A DNA stretch of 63,955 bases, counting the filler, from Intoshia linei (taxonomy: Eukaryota; Animalia; Orthonectida): the NCBI GenBank assembly GCA_001642005.1. It is 12 parts of 12 records of this genome, joined end to end, with 100 filler letters (N's around TTAATTAATTAA, not from the genome) between each part and the next. Parts side by side here need not be neighbours in the genome. Positions count along the whole stretch, not along the records: positions 1 to 11,919 come from LWCA01001128.1; 11 more parts are not named here. One strand, written 5' to 3'. The notes under the pieces were generated by a model. That model saw only the letters and a program-made list of their open reading frames with translations. It was not told the origin of the DNA and did no database searches. The stretch's first letter is position 1. Each line of letters opens with the position of its first letter. The position numbers and the translations under genes are program-made. This document shows, in pieces, positions 1-11,067 of this stretch.

Positions 1-2
1 GG

Positions 3-480
3 TTTATCTATCCAAATTTTTTGTTATTTGTGCATACTGTTATGAATACTGAAATAGCTAATGGTTAAATGGGAAAAACGTCTAGAAACGGATTTTCATT
101 TAATAAATGTTAGCAGACTAAGTCTGGGGATCCGTCGACAGCGTTTATGAATACAATTTACAATATGGTTTATTGTATTAATATATTCTGTAATAATGAT
201 GTTAACGGATTAATGTTAATGGGCGATGACAGTTTACTGATTCTAAAAAATACCCTCAACGATCCATTTCTTATTACAAGAACATTTTATACCCAATTGA
301 ATTTACAGTTAAGTTGTTGGAACCTGCGCATGCATATTTTTGTGGCAATTACCTCATACATGTAAACAATATCTATAGATTTTTGCCAGATCCATTGAAA
401 AGAATAGAGAAACTAAGAGATTCGTATATTACAAATTACGATAAATTAGCCGAAACTAAATTAGTCGAAAGTGATAAATA
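3..480 (+). pseudogene. Endogenous viral element: decayed RdRp fragment of an alphavirus-supergroup (virga-like/Martellivirales) +ssRNA virus
   Basis: Frame 3 reads *QTKSGDPSTAFMNTIYNM (motif B; SG at 123-128) then LMLMGDDSLL (motif C; GDD at 222-230). After a frameshift near 303-310 it reads VKLLEPAHAYFCGNYLIHVNNIYRFLPDPLKRIEKL. Motif order and spacing match the tobamovirus-type QRKSGDxxT..GNT / GDDSLL / YFCG / DPLK-KL pattern. Stops at 66-68 and 111-113; no introns; runs off the left edge. Confidence 0.88.
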
Positions 481-1278
481 ATTTCAATAAATGAGGATCA
501 ATGATAAAAATATGACAGGATATATCAATATGAAATGCGAAATGCAATTTTTTTTGCAAACGATACGTAGTGCCATATAGCCCGTGTTACCTCTCAAACG
601 CTCTGGAATTGAAATTTTATATTTACAATAAATAGTTATGATATTCAAGAATATGCTTTTTTTAATGCCTAATTTGGTAAAATAAAGTCATAAATTTTAG
701 AAAAATTTCAACGCCACCCCTCAAAGAGGGTTATTGTGTATGATAAATTTGGCACTGCCCTAATTTTCACTGCACATTATTCAAATTTTTCCAATGTACA
801 AATTACTTTTTACACCATCGTTTCAATAATGTGAAATAATTATGCAGAAAAAATACGCTCATATAATGACGAATATGCTCAATATAATTTATTTAAAATA
901 TAAACCTGATATCGGACAATTAATTGCCACACTAAACCCAATATAATTGATTTATTTCCATTTACTATATCCAACACATTGATATTTACCATCTTGTTCT
1001 ACATAATTTATTAACATAAATATAAGTAAAAAGTAATGTATCAATGTTAAAAATTAAAATGACTATTATTAATGAGTAATAATATTTGCTACCACAATAA
1101 ATACAGTACAGTCGCAAAGTGGGGTACAAAATATTTTGAAATTTTTTTTACAAATAAATTTTACTGAGTAACTTTTTTTCAAACAAATAATACTTCGTAA
1201 TATAAAAAAAATCATAGTTCAAATTTTTAAAAAATTAATGCTTAAACTAAATTTATAAGAGTAAATTAATTAAAAATA

Positions 1279-1422
1279 CAGTAAGACCTCTTAATACCGC
1301 CATTTTGGTATTTCTATATTAATAGCGGTATTGAGAGTATAACGTGGTAGCGAATAGATCATGGATACGTTTATATGGTAAAATAATAATAAATATAGTG
1401 GCGGTATTGAGAGATCTAATTG
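1279..1422. mobile_element. Tc1/mariner-type MITE
   Basis: ~24-bp imperfect TIRs (CAGTAAGACCTCTTAATACCGCCA / TGGCGGTATTGAGAGATCTAATTG) flanked by TA on both sides. Confidence 0.75.
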
Positions 1423-2147
1423 TAATAGGATCACATAAATATTTGGTTCCATATACAACCCAATCAAACCTGATATAAAAAATTGAAGATAAACTTGCTA
1501 TATTGAAATACAATGTATCTACATCGTAATTCTTATATAATTGGACAGAAATTAACATCAAACATTTCTAGTGGTTAATATTATTAATTATGATAATTTT
1601 AATCCAAAATTATTTAAATGTTATAAATTACTTTATTTTTATCTAAAAATTCTAAAAACACGGATACATTTGAAATGTAGTGAACTCTCGTCATTTTCTT
1701 TTTGTTAATGATAGGCTAAAATCATAAATAATTAAAAAGGTATAAATATATTCCAATTCAAGATAAGGCATTTTTTTGCAATAATAAACAGAAAATAAAA
1801 ATTTCAAGTCAGAAATTTTAATCTTTCAGTCAAAAACGTGTATTACCATTTTAATAGACAGTTTTGCAAAAGAAAAATTAAAATTGAAATAAAAAAGATG
1901 GTACTTTTTTTCCCACTATAAAGTACAATTTTGTATCTAAATTTCAATCTCTGAAATTAAAATTTTATTTAATCATTACATTTTGTATCATTAATTTAAA
2001 TATTTTTGTAACTATCGATTTTCAAATTTAATTTAAATATAAATTTATTATATTTTAATCATTTATTAACATGTAAAAAAGATTATTTATATTTTTAATT
2101 TTTTCAAATTTCGTTAACATAGAATTAGACTTATGATATAATATAAA

Positions 2148-2529
2148 AACTTACTCATGGTGGAAACAGTTACGGTTTTTGCGCAGTACAAAACGGACTA
2201 GCCAGTTAAAGAAATTAAAATAATTTACCAAATTTGCATTAGCTATTCCATTCATTAAAGATAATAAAATAATCCCATCCCTTAAATCGTGAGATATGTT
2301 TTGTATATATAATGGAGAATTGGCCTAAGAAACATAAACACCTAAAAATAAAAAATTCCAACTTGTACTAAACGAAAATTGATCCACTTTGTAAAAGTTT
2401 TAGATTGCGTTTTCTCTTGAGAACCTAATTTTACAATTTTAAATTTAAAAAAATTTTCCAAAATTTGAAATTACCGACCAACTGGTTAATCGTATTTTGC
2501 ATATTACTGTGTTTTTCCATAAATAAGTT
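2148..2529. repeat. Degenerate inverted-repeat element (probable MITE)
   Basis: AACTTACTCATGG...CCAGTT at 2148-2206 is roughly the reverse complement of AACTGG...CCATAAATAAGTT at 2481-2529. Confidence 0.45.
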
Positions 2530-3155
2530 AAAATTGAAATAAATATAGACCAACTATTTACTTTAGGTATTTGTTTTATAAAATTTATAAAAATTCAGAA
2601 ACAAATAAAATTTAAAAACATGTGTGCTTGTTATAAACTGAGAAATCGATACATTGGTTATCTATTATAGAATTATAAATAATTTACGTGTTTCTTTAAA
2701 ATTTAATTTAATTACACATTATCAATTTTTGAATTTTAATTCGTTTGTAATTTATAGATTTCTGGAACATTCCATATTTTGGACAATGTTAAACATACAT
2801 TTTAATTTTGATATTGTGGGTGTCTTCAATTCATTTATTTTAATGGTACCATTTTTAGGTTTATTGTTTTGCTTTCTATACGTTAATATCGTTGATTACC
2901 AATTTGTAGAAAATTTCACTGGAAATATTTTACATTTATAAACAAATTTATCTTGTAAAATTAAAATTTACGACTTTATTGTTAACAATTCAATTGAATC
3001 AATAATCAATATATTTATATAATCTCACAACACCAGGATTAATAATTATTGTTATTGTTCATTTTATTTTAACCAGTGTACAACAAATGTTTTTACATGA
3101 ATCTACAATGTATGTATTTCAAATGGTAAGCAATATTTATCAAAATTAATTTAAA

Positions 3156-3214
3156 ATTTATTCATCAACATACATTATTGTAAAATTTATAATGTATAAA
3201 TCACGTTAATAAAT
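3156..3214 (-). promoter_or_regulatory. SECIS element (GUGA-core variant) of the minus-strand GPx paralogue
   Basis: Minus strand: ATTTATT-aac-GTGAT-TTATACATTAT-AAATTTTACA-ATAATGTATGT-TGAT-g-AATAAAT. This gives helix I, a GA/GA quartet, a ~10-bp helix II and an AAA apical loop, starting just after the TAA stop (3216-3218). Confidence 0.75.
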
Positions 3215-3215
3215 A

Positions 3216-5517
3216 TTAAATTGTAATTTTATCAATTTCGTTTTGTAGTTTCTCAAATATAAAATAAATATTAAATTCGATATTTCTCAAATTATTAAAA
3301 GTATTTAACCCTAAAGATGTCTTATATTTGACACAAAACACTGTGTCGTAATATCAATAATTTTTTGACATAAGTCGTAAAAACTATTAATTGGTATAGT
3401 TCATTGATATGAATGTTACATGTTATTTTTCAAATCACTTATTCGTAGAACATTTAATGTCAGTATTATGAAATTATTTAATAACAGCCTAGAATTTTAA
3501 AAATTATTAGTTTTGTCTCGGACAAAGTATTAAGATAAATTTGACAACTTGCAAGAAACTTACATCTTCCCGTTCAAAAACGCATTTTATCATCAATTTT
3601 TTTCAAAAAAATTACAAAATTATACACTTGACCGATTGGGGAAATAAAAATATTTTAGAAAATAATAAATTATTTTACTAGCAAATCATATTTTAAAGAA
3701 AATTTTTGAATTGGAATTCCTTGTCTATTTACTAAAAATTTAGTAAAATTCCATTTGATTCCACTTAATTAAAAATATAAACAAATACAATATAGAAATT
3801 TCAATGATCCTAACTTATATGCTACGCGATTTTTGTTTGTGTGTGTGTCCAGCTTTATTTAAAACTACCCGTCTTAGAATTTTATAAAGTCCACATTTCA
3901 ATTAGTCTTATCCGGGGGTGTTAGCAAACATAATTTCAACCTCCCAAACTCACATCTTATGAGTCAGAAACCCCAATTGTCACTCTTTTTGAAAATCAAA
4001 CGAGTTGGAGAATTCAAAAAAATATATACGCCGATGTGGATTTTAAAATCATAAACATTATCATAAATTTAAATTTAAAAAAATTATATCTTCAAAGCCA
4101 AAACCACAAATTACCATTCTTTTTTTAATGAAAACAGTCCTAGAATTTCAAAAAATTTCAATCCGAATAAGTGACGACTTCAGGGTCAAAAAAGCATTTT
4201 AGTATTCATATATTTTTTTCCGAAATATTTTATTAAAATAAAAAATGTAAAATAATAAATGATCCGAAAATTAAAAAAAATATTATTCTGATAAAGCTTA
4301 TTCTAGTTGATATAAATACAAAAGTTCCACCCGAAATATCTACGCATGCCCAATGTCAAATATATTTTAATATATTATTAACCAATATTTTTCAATTATT
4401 TCGATTAAAATAAAAATTGAAAACGTAAATATTGATCCTACAATTTCAAAAAAAATGTGCAGTGAACGTCTACTAATTTCCAATAAAGAAATATTAATGA
4501 AAATCTATATAAATCATCCCTTCAAAATTTTTTTCATTACTACGCAATTTTAAATTTCAAATTCTCAATTTCAAAACATTTTGAATAAAATTTAAATTGA
4601 TTATTAAAATTAGTTAATAGCTAATTACTTGATACTTATTTACTCATTTATTTATGAACATGTGAGTTGATAATTTTATTATATTTTTAATGTTCCATTC
4701 ATGAACATGAATGTATTACTTATATAAAGTTCCAGGTAATTGATTTTGAAGATACATCCATAATGGAGAAGCATTATACCCATTAACATCAATTTTAGAA
4801 AACATGTCAAAAGATACTTTATATTGTTGTGTAACAAATTTTTAAATTTCCATGTTTGAAGACGGTTCCTATAAAATAATATATTATCATTTATATTTTA
4901 ACTTGAATATTTTAAACCTGTGAGCCAAATTGATTACATGGAAAAGCCAAAATTGAAAAATTTTTAGTTTTATTGACAAGATATAAAAATTGTAAAAAAT
5001 TATAATTGCTTTTTGTTAAAGATCATTCAGATGCTACATTAACTAATAATAATACTTTTGATCTAAAATATAGAAAATAAAATAGACTCTAGTGCGGCAT
5101 TTTAAACAATTTTTTACAAGGGTTAGCCCTTAAACTAATTCATGAATTTCTACATAAGATTTATACAGTGATATTTAAAATGACAAACGCAACTCGAATA
5201 GATAGCGTTAAATGTTTTTCATTGCGAATTAGTTTTTCTATTTTAAAAATGCACACTTGTAGTGCTAATTGCCCTTGATTCTTTGATGGGTGTGCGACCT
5301 TAATGTACACCGTACAATGTACACTTATACAAAAGCATGACATTTTTATGTGGCATATACATGTATATGCATTTTGGTGTCTAAGGATTAATATTACTAA
5401 ATAACATATATTTTTCAATGGAAACATTTTTATCATGTCTTTTACATTGAATTTGTAGACATTTTTTCTGATGGTAAAAAAATTTTTAGTATTTAACCGC
5501 ATCAATTTAGGTAACAT
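3216..5517 (-). pseudogene. GPX4: Disabled selenoprotein glutathione peroxidase (GPx4/PHGPx-like) paralogue
   Basis: Exons 5517-5406, 5062-4918, 4868-4720, 3763-3679, 3251-3216. Encodes NVYKFNVKD../DKNVSIEKY|ISKVLLLVNVASE-U(TGA 5025-5023)-[17 protein letters not shown]|EPSSNMEI*KF..W..|[15 protein letters not shown]..|KLQNEIDKITI*. Lesions: frameshift in exon 1, in-frame TAA at 4844-4842, and a GAG acceptor before the last exon. The 149-nt and 85-nt exons equal those of the intact copy. Confidence 0.85.
3808..4385 (+). mobile_element. Non-autonomous Helitron-like repeat (5' end and body) in a GPx pseudogene intron
   Basis: Starts A^TCCTAACTTATATGCTACGCGATTTTTGTTTGTGTGTGT, like an invertebrate Helitron 5' end. 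The body recurs at 35097-35530(-), 48165-48310(+), 54640-55000(-) and 59215-59450(-). Confidence 0.6.
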
Positions 5518-5689
5518 TTTAAAATTTAAAAAATTTATTTATTTATTGTAAATGTGTTACTTAAATAATAATGTAAAATAATCTGTTTTTTTAAATTGTT
5601 GGATTTTTAATTTTTTAATTTAACGGTAACAGACATTCAATTTTATATAAGGCTTATACATTTAATGATATTCAATATGACATAATATA

Positions 5690-6850
5690 ATAGGACGAGA
5701 GCTCCACTATATGAATTTTTAAAAGAAAAATGGTAGAGTGATCGACTGCAGCCTATTTACCTTAATACTGATGACATGAACAATGTCGCACTTATAGATG
5801 ATTCAACTACCGTAAAAATCTCCAAACCCCAAATGGGGAAGTAAATCATAAAATATTTTGGGATGGAAAAAACGGTATTTATAAAATAAAAAAAGAAGTA
5901 TCAACAATGGCTACTTCGTCATTTTATGCAATGTTCTCTCAGCCAATGGGGTTGGTAGTGAGCATAACTATAAAATGTAAAAAAAATTATAAGTCATATT
6001 TAACTACTTACAAAAAGAAAATGATGCAAATCTGATCAGTAGTGAATTAAACTGGAGCATACTACTTGAGTCAGGATATTTAGGATCTTCTTCTGATACT
6101 CCTGAGATATTAAAAATAGCAATGCCACGACCTTCGCAGTGTGTTACCATTACTGAAAAAACCAACCTAAAAAATATGGCTATAAAACGTGTACCAGTAG
6201 AGCAATTCTTTGGAAAACTTAAAAAATCCTTCAAGGTATTGTTTTTTTATTTTTAAAACTGACTTAATTAAGCTTTTTTCCATAGGGTGACAATTTAAAT
6301 TTTTCAAAGATAGCCACTATTTTTTGTAAACTTTGTTCTGGATCTTATATATTTTCGAATAGAAAATTTTTTATTTTTTGTTGGATTGTTAGACGTTTTT
6401 ATCAAACAAAAATTTAGATCAAAATTCTTTCATTTTTCTTAGCCCTGAAAAATTTTATGGACTATATTATTTAGTTTTATAGTGTAAAAATTATAATTTG
6501 TCCACGAGTGCGTATAAATAGAAGTAACTAGATTATTCTATGTTTATTCTTAACTTTAGATATTATCTGGTGTTTATACATACGAGTCATAATCAATCGA
6601 CAGAATTTATTTTGACATTGACTTCGATATATATGTACTATTAACGAATGAATTAATATCAAGAAACGTCTAAAATGAAATGGATCATACGTATGAAATC
6701 AGACTCATGTCTATCAGAAAAGATTGAGAACGAGAAAAAACGTTGAAGTGTAAACAATCTGCTGATCGATACCGGGAAAGATCTTCTATGAGAAATGAAT
6801 TGGATAATTCATTATCCAGTCAATATAATGACATTATGTATTACATTTTA
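5690..6850 (+). mobile_element. Decayed PIF/Harbinger-like DDE transposase with a spliceosomal intron
   Basis: Fragments DSTTVKISKP, WDGKNGIYKIKKEV, WSILLESGYLG, KRVPVEQFFGKLKKSFK | intron 6236-6559 (GT..AG) | ILSGVYTY..FDIDFDI..LLTNELI. Many stops. A close second copy lies at 51570-52360. Confidence 0.7.
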
Positions 6851-7525
6851 TTGTGAATCATTATTATTGTATTGCATTATTCGTATATTCTAAAAAAAGT
6901 TTTACTGCATATATCTATAATAAAATCTGTGGTCATTTTATATATTTATATCACATAGTCTTTCTCTAAAAGTCTACGGTTTACTGTCCTTATCAAATTA
7001 TAAATGCATTTTTGATCTAGTTTTGACACAATTTCGTTAAAACTCTATTTTCAATTAGATCTGCTCTTTGATTTGTTGATTTTTTTCTTTTTAAATTATT
7101 TAATTCTGGAGCTTTTCTAAATAAAATGTATCTGCTATTTTTTTAACTCCAATTCTAATTTTCAATCAGAAAACATGCTCTGTTCCCTCTCATACCCCCA
7201 TAGATTATATAATAAATTTCATGTTGTGTATATTTTAAAAAAATTTTTTTTTTTATTTACAAAACTGTATGATTAAAATGTTAATAACTATTGTCTGGCT
7301 GTATAACATTTTGTTATAATAATAAAAATACTTTTTAAACAGTACATCTAAGTGAAACTCAATAACACTGGGTTTAACTCAGTGAGTTATCAACAGCTTA
7401 AATTGTAATTGTCAACTTAACTATAGTTTCAAAAGTTGCATAAATATGACAATATGATATCAATTCGATGCTGGTTACAAAAAATGAATTTGAATTGATA
7501 TAAATAAAGTTATTTGAGTTATTGA

Positions 7526-10500
7526 ATGACTGCAAATATTTATGATTTTACAGTTGACGATATTGGCGGAAATGCTGTCTGTCTTGATAAATACAGAGGC
7601 AACGTGGTTTTAGTGGTTAATGTAGCCTCTGAATGAGGGTTAACAAAAAGCAATTATCAATTTTTACAGTCTTTATACGAAACAAATAAAGATAAAAATT
7701 TTTCTATTATCGCTTTTCCGTGCAACCAGTTTGGTGGACAGGTTTTTATTTTTTTTTTTTTAATATTTTATATAATCAAGCTTTATATTAGGAACCATTG
7801 TCAAATCCAGAAATTCTTAAGTTTGCTACGGATAAATTTCAAGTTACTTTTGATTTATTTTCCAAAATTGATGTAAACGGAAAGAATGCTTCTCCTTTAT
7901 GGAAATACCTGCAAATCAAGTTGACTGGATTTATTACCAAGTACTATATATTTTATTGTAATATAGTGGTCATCAATCGCAGATCCCTGCGGTTATACTT
8001 AATGTGCGTTACCTTTCACGCATTTATGTATATTTTTAGTTCGATTAAATGGAATTTCACTAAATTCTTAATAGATCGAAATGGTGTTCCTTTGAAACGA
8101 TACGGACCTAAGGATAATTTGAAAGTTTGTTATTGATATTTTTATAACTTAATTCTTCCACTGTCTGTAATGTATTTTTTAATTACCTATTTGAAAATGT
8201 ATGAAAATAAAAGAATAAACGTTTTCAAAATTATGCTGTATATAGTATAGAATACATAGACGGTGAAAGGGTTAAATAATATTTTACAATGTGTGATAGT
8301 TTAAAAGAGGTTGAGAATTACTGATCTATACTCTAAAACAGGGGTTCCCATACTCATTTTATCTACCACCCCTTTTTAGCAATATATTTTGTCACAACTA
8401 TATTAAAGTGCAATTTCGCTAAGTGCAAGTGAAATTTTTCATAAAACTTTCACTTTGGCGATGAATAAATTGTGATTATATTACACTAAGCAACATTTTA
8501 ACACTTAAAAAAATTTCTCTTAGCTTTTATTTTTAAATGATAAACCGAGTTGCAAAATGTATATTCTGAAAGAAAAGGATAAATCTGTCTGCTAGTTACC
8601 GAAATAATATCACATTAATATTGATTTATAAAGAGGATAATTGGATTTCTTATATCATTAAGCGAACTATTTTGGGTATACTAGACATGTAAATAACTAT
8701 TATATTCCAATGCATACATTTGATAAATAACCTTATCAACACAATGCGATAAAGCGAATAACCTTACAAACACAATACATAAAGCGGGCTACTTTATGAA
8801 CTAGTTACAATATTTCAAATTATGCCGAATTAACGACGCAATAAAGAAAACATTATTGCTTTTCTAAGTTTCTAAAATTTATTAGAAAGTAATGTATTTA
8901 TATACAACATTGCATATATGACAATATATAAAATAGTAACATTACATACATACATACAATTGAACTAAGAGAGAATTAAATCCATATATGCCTTGATCGA
9001 TTTTAATTTAAATAAAAAAATTAAAACTTAAATTTTGTAAATATTTTACCATCATGATGAAAAGGCGACGAAGAACAAGATGAAATGCTAAGATCGCTGC
9101 TAATTCGATATTTTTTTCTCCTTTTATATCTCCTTATATATGCTAATTTATATAATCGACATTAAAATGCGATATATCATATCGATAGGTATGAGAAAAT
9201 ATACTAAATGATTTTTTTAAGCGTCCAAAAAATCTTTCCACGCAGCTTTATATTTTCTTAAACCTAAAGTGTCTGAATTCGGTCCCATATATTCAGAGTC
9301 GAGAATCGTACTCCATCTCGTATCACTTTCTTCGTCTGTTTCCTCAATTGGAAGCTTTTTCAGGTAGCTAAGATAACTTGAGTTAACTTAACCTTAGTAA
9401 TGAGTGTTTAATATCTTTAGATGTATAAAGATGTGTACCCATAAAGAAGCTTGTTATTTTTTTACTGGTTAAACTTTTAACTCCCATTGCATCTGAGTAT
9501 CTTTTGTCGAGATCCATCATGTAATCAATATTCCTCTCATCATTTTTATGTGACAAGAAATAAACGGGATCCAATTCCTTATGAGGACACAGGAGTTGGT
9601 ATTTATTTATGGCTATTAATGTGTGTGCGCTTTTAACACTTGACATAAGAATCAGCTTCTTTTTTGTCAACTCTCATGTTACGTAAAATTGTATGTTGAT
9701 GCCTGGCTTCTCTACCAATATGTCACAATGTCTCGTCATAGAAGGCTCAAATATAACTCTGTGAAGCACATATCTAGCTAAGGCCAAGCTTGCAGTTTGA
9801 TGATATATCATGGAGGGAAAATTCGAGGAAGTTTTAGGAGCAATGCTAGAAGTAACCCAATGTAGACAAGATACCTGTAATACAACTGGATCACACAAAA
9901 GTTTATATGAATAGAATGGAGTTCTAGACAAACCTACTTTTCGGCATACATTTAAAGGATGTGCTAATCTGGCGTACTTCGAAATAAAAACACTATAAAA
10001 CCCGCGATCATGCTTCCATCTAGTGCAAGCTAGTACACTTCACCTCTAATAGCATTGACTACAGGAAAATTGTGTGATATCATCCTGGTATTTAGTACAC
10101 TTAGACATGTTTCCTTGAATTCCTCTTTTTCCAGTGGTATTTTGCCTTCAAGTCTTCCAACTCCTTTTAATTTATTTGCCAAACCGGCTCTGTTCAGCCT
10201 TATTCTTTCACCTGACTTCCCAATGTTATTTCCATAAAAAATTAAGAACGTCAATATTTTATTTATTATAAAATGTCATAATTTTAGTTTTTTCTTTGCA
10301 TTTTCATTGAAATACATGATATCTTGCTATCAAATTGATAATTTTTTTAAGCTTTGGACAGTGCGAAGTTAAGTGTTATTATTATTAGATGACCTGGAAT
10401 GGTTGAAAAAACTGGCCTATTTTTGTAGAGTTAAATTAAGGTGCTAATTGTCTTTTATTTGTTATAATGGTACCACTAAATGTTTATTTTCCCAAACATT

Positions 10501-10612
10501 GGGAATCACTGCCATAACGTGATATAAAGTTTGTGGTATTCTACGAAATACCCACTTATTAATTTTTATTTAGAATTTGCAATTTGATGTTGAAAAACTA
10601 TTAAAAGACTAA
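7526..10612 (+). CDS. GPX4: Selenoprotein glutathione peroxidase (GPx4/PHGPx-like, monomeric type), 162 aa, Sec at codon 37
   Basis: Exons 7526-7741, 7792-7940, 8040-8124, 10574-10612, all [41 protein letters not shown](TGA 7634-7636)-[18 protein letters not shown]|[21 protein letters not shown]..|[23 protein letters not shown]..|[12 protein letters not shown]. The U/Q/W/N catalytic tetrad is intact and a SECIS follows. Confidence 0.93.
9249..10254 (-). pseudogene. Decayed intronless ~330-codon ORF of unknown, possibly viral, origin, antisense in GPx intron 3
   Basis: ORF pieces 10254-10030, 10039-9677 and 9673-9386 (the last two in one frame, split by a single TGA at 9676-9674), plus a tail ..[38 protein letters not shown], join with two frameshifts. 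Visibly more GC-rich than the flanks; no motif recognised. Confidence 0.5.
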
Positions 10613-10630
10613 TTGATATTGCTATATATA

Positions 10631-10697
10631 TTTTTGTTTATTTACATGATAAATATATCATAAAAATATTGATATGTATTGAAATAATAAATAAAAA
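10631..10697 (+). promoter_or_regulatory. SECIS element in the GPx 3'UTR, overlapping AATAAA
   Basis: TTTTTGTTTATT (helix I)-tac-ATGAT (core; ATGA 10646-10649)-AAATATATCA-TAAAAATAT (AA loop, 12 nt after ATGA)-TGATATGTAT-TGAA-at-AATAAATAAAAA (helix I). Confidence 0.85.
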
Positions 10698-11067
10698 TGT
10701 ATAATTCAAATACTGTATTATCTAATGTATTTTTTCTGTAATTTATCAACCACATGTGACATACAGTGAGATAAATAATTTTCTTTTTATATATCCATAA
10801 CTTTTGCATTAATTATGATATTTCAAAATAATATATTCGATACGAAAATACTACGTCTGTATTCTAATAAGTATAGTTTCCCCTTTTTTATTAATTTAAA
10901 TTTGATATTCTAAATATTTTTTGATAAATATTATATTTACTCATTTTAAAAAGATTAATTTTGCATATTAAAACTTTAATTCGTTTTATATTTTAATTTA
11001 AATTGGTACATCCCATAAGGTCAAACGTTCAACTGATTTTAAACGAAGAATGATAATTAGTTACTAT

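Noticed and set aside
2654-2941. Hydrophobic short ORFs here and at 1319, 23644, 40931 and 55386, plus antisense ORFs over SEC23, TMEM38, STIL and the transposases
   Set aside because: F/I/L/N/K-rich by-products of AT-rich DNA or shadows of real genes; no motifs.
4842-4844. In-frame TAA in the GPx paralogue (and in UBE2J2) as evidence of stop-codon reassignment
   Set aside because: Intact genes (GPx, SEC23, STIL) end at TAA and have no internal TAA, and the affected copies carry other lesions.
9674-9676. In-frame TGA joining two ORFs as a possible third Sec codon
   Set aside because: No redox motif or SECIS was seen and the ORF also has frameshifts; more likely TGG-to-TGA decay.
8339-10511. 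A single hAT element carrying the foreign ORF as cargo
   Set aside because: The ends resemble hAT TIRs but the flanking 8-mers (CTCTAAAA vs CCATAACG) do not form a TSD; left unproven.
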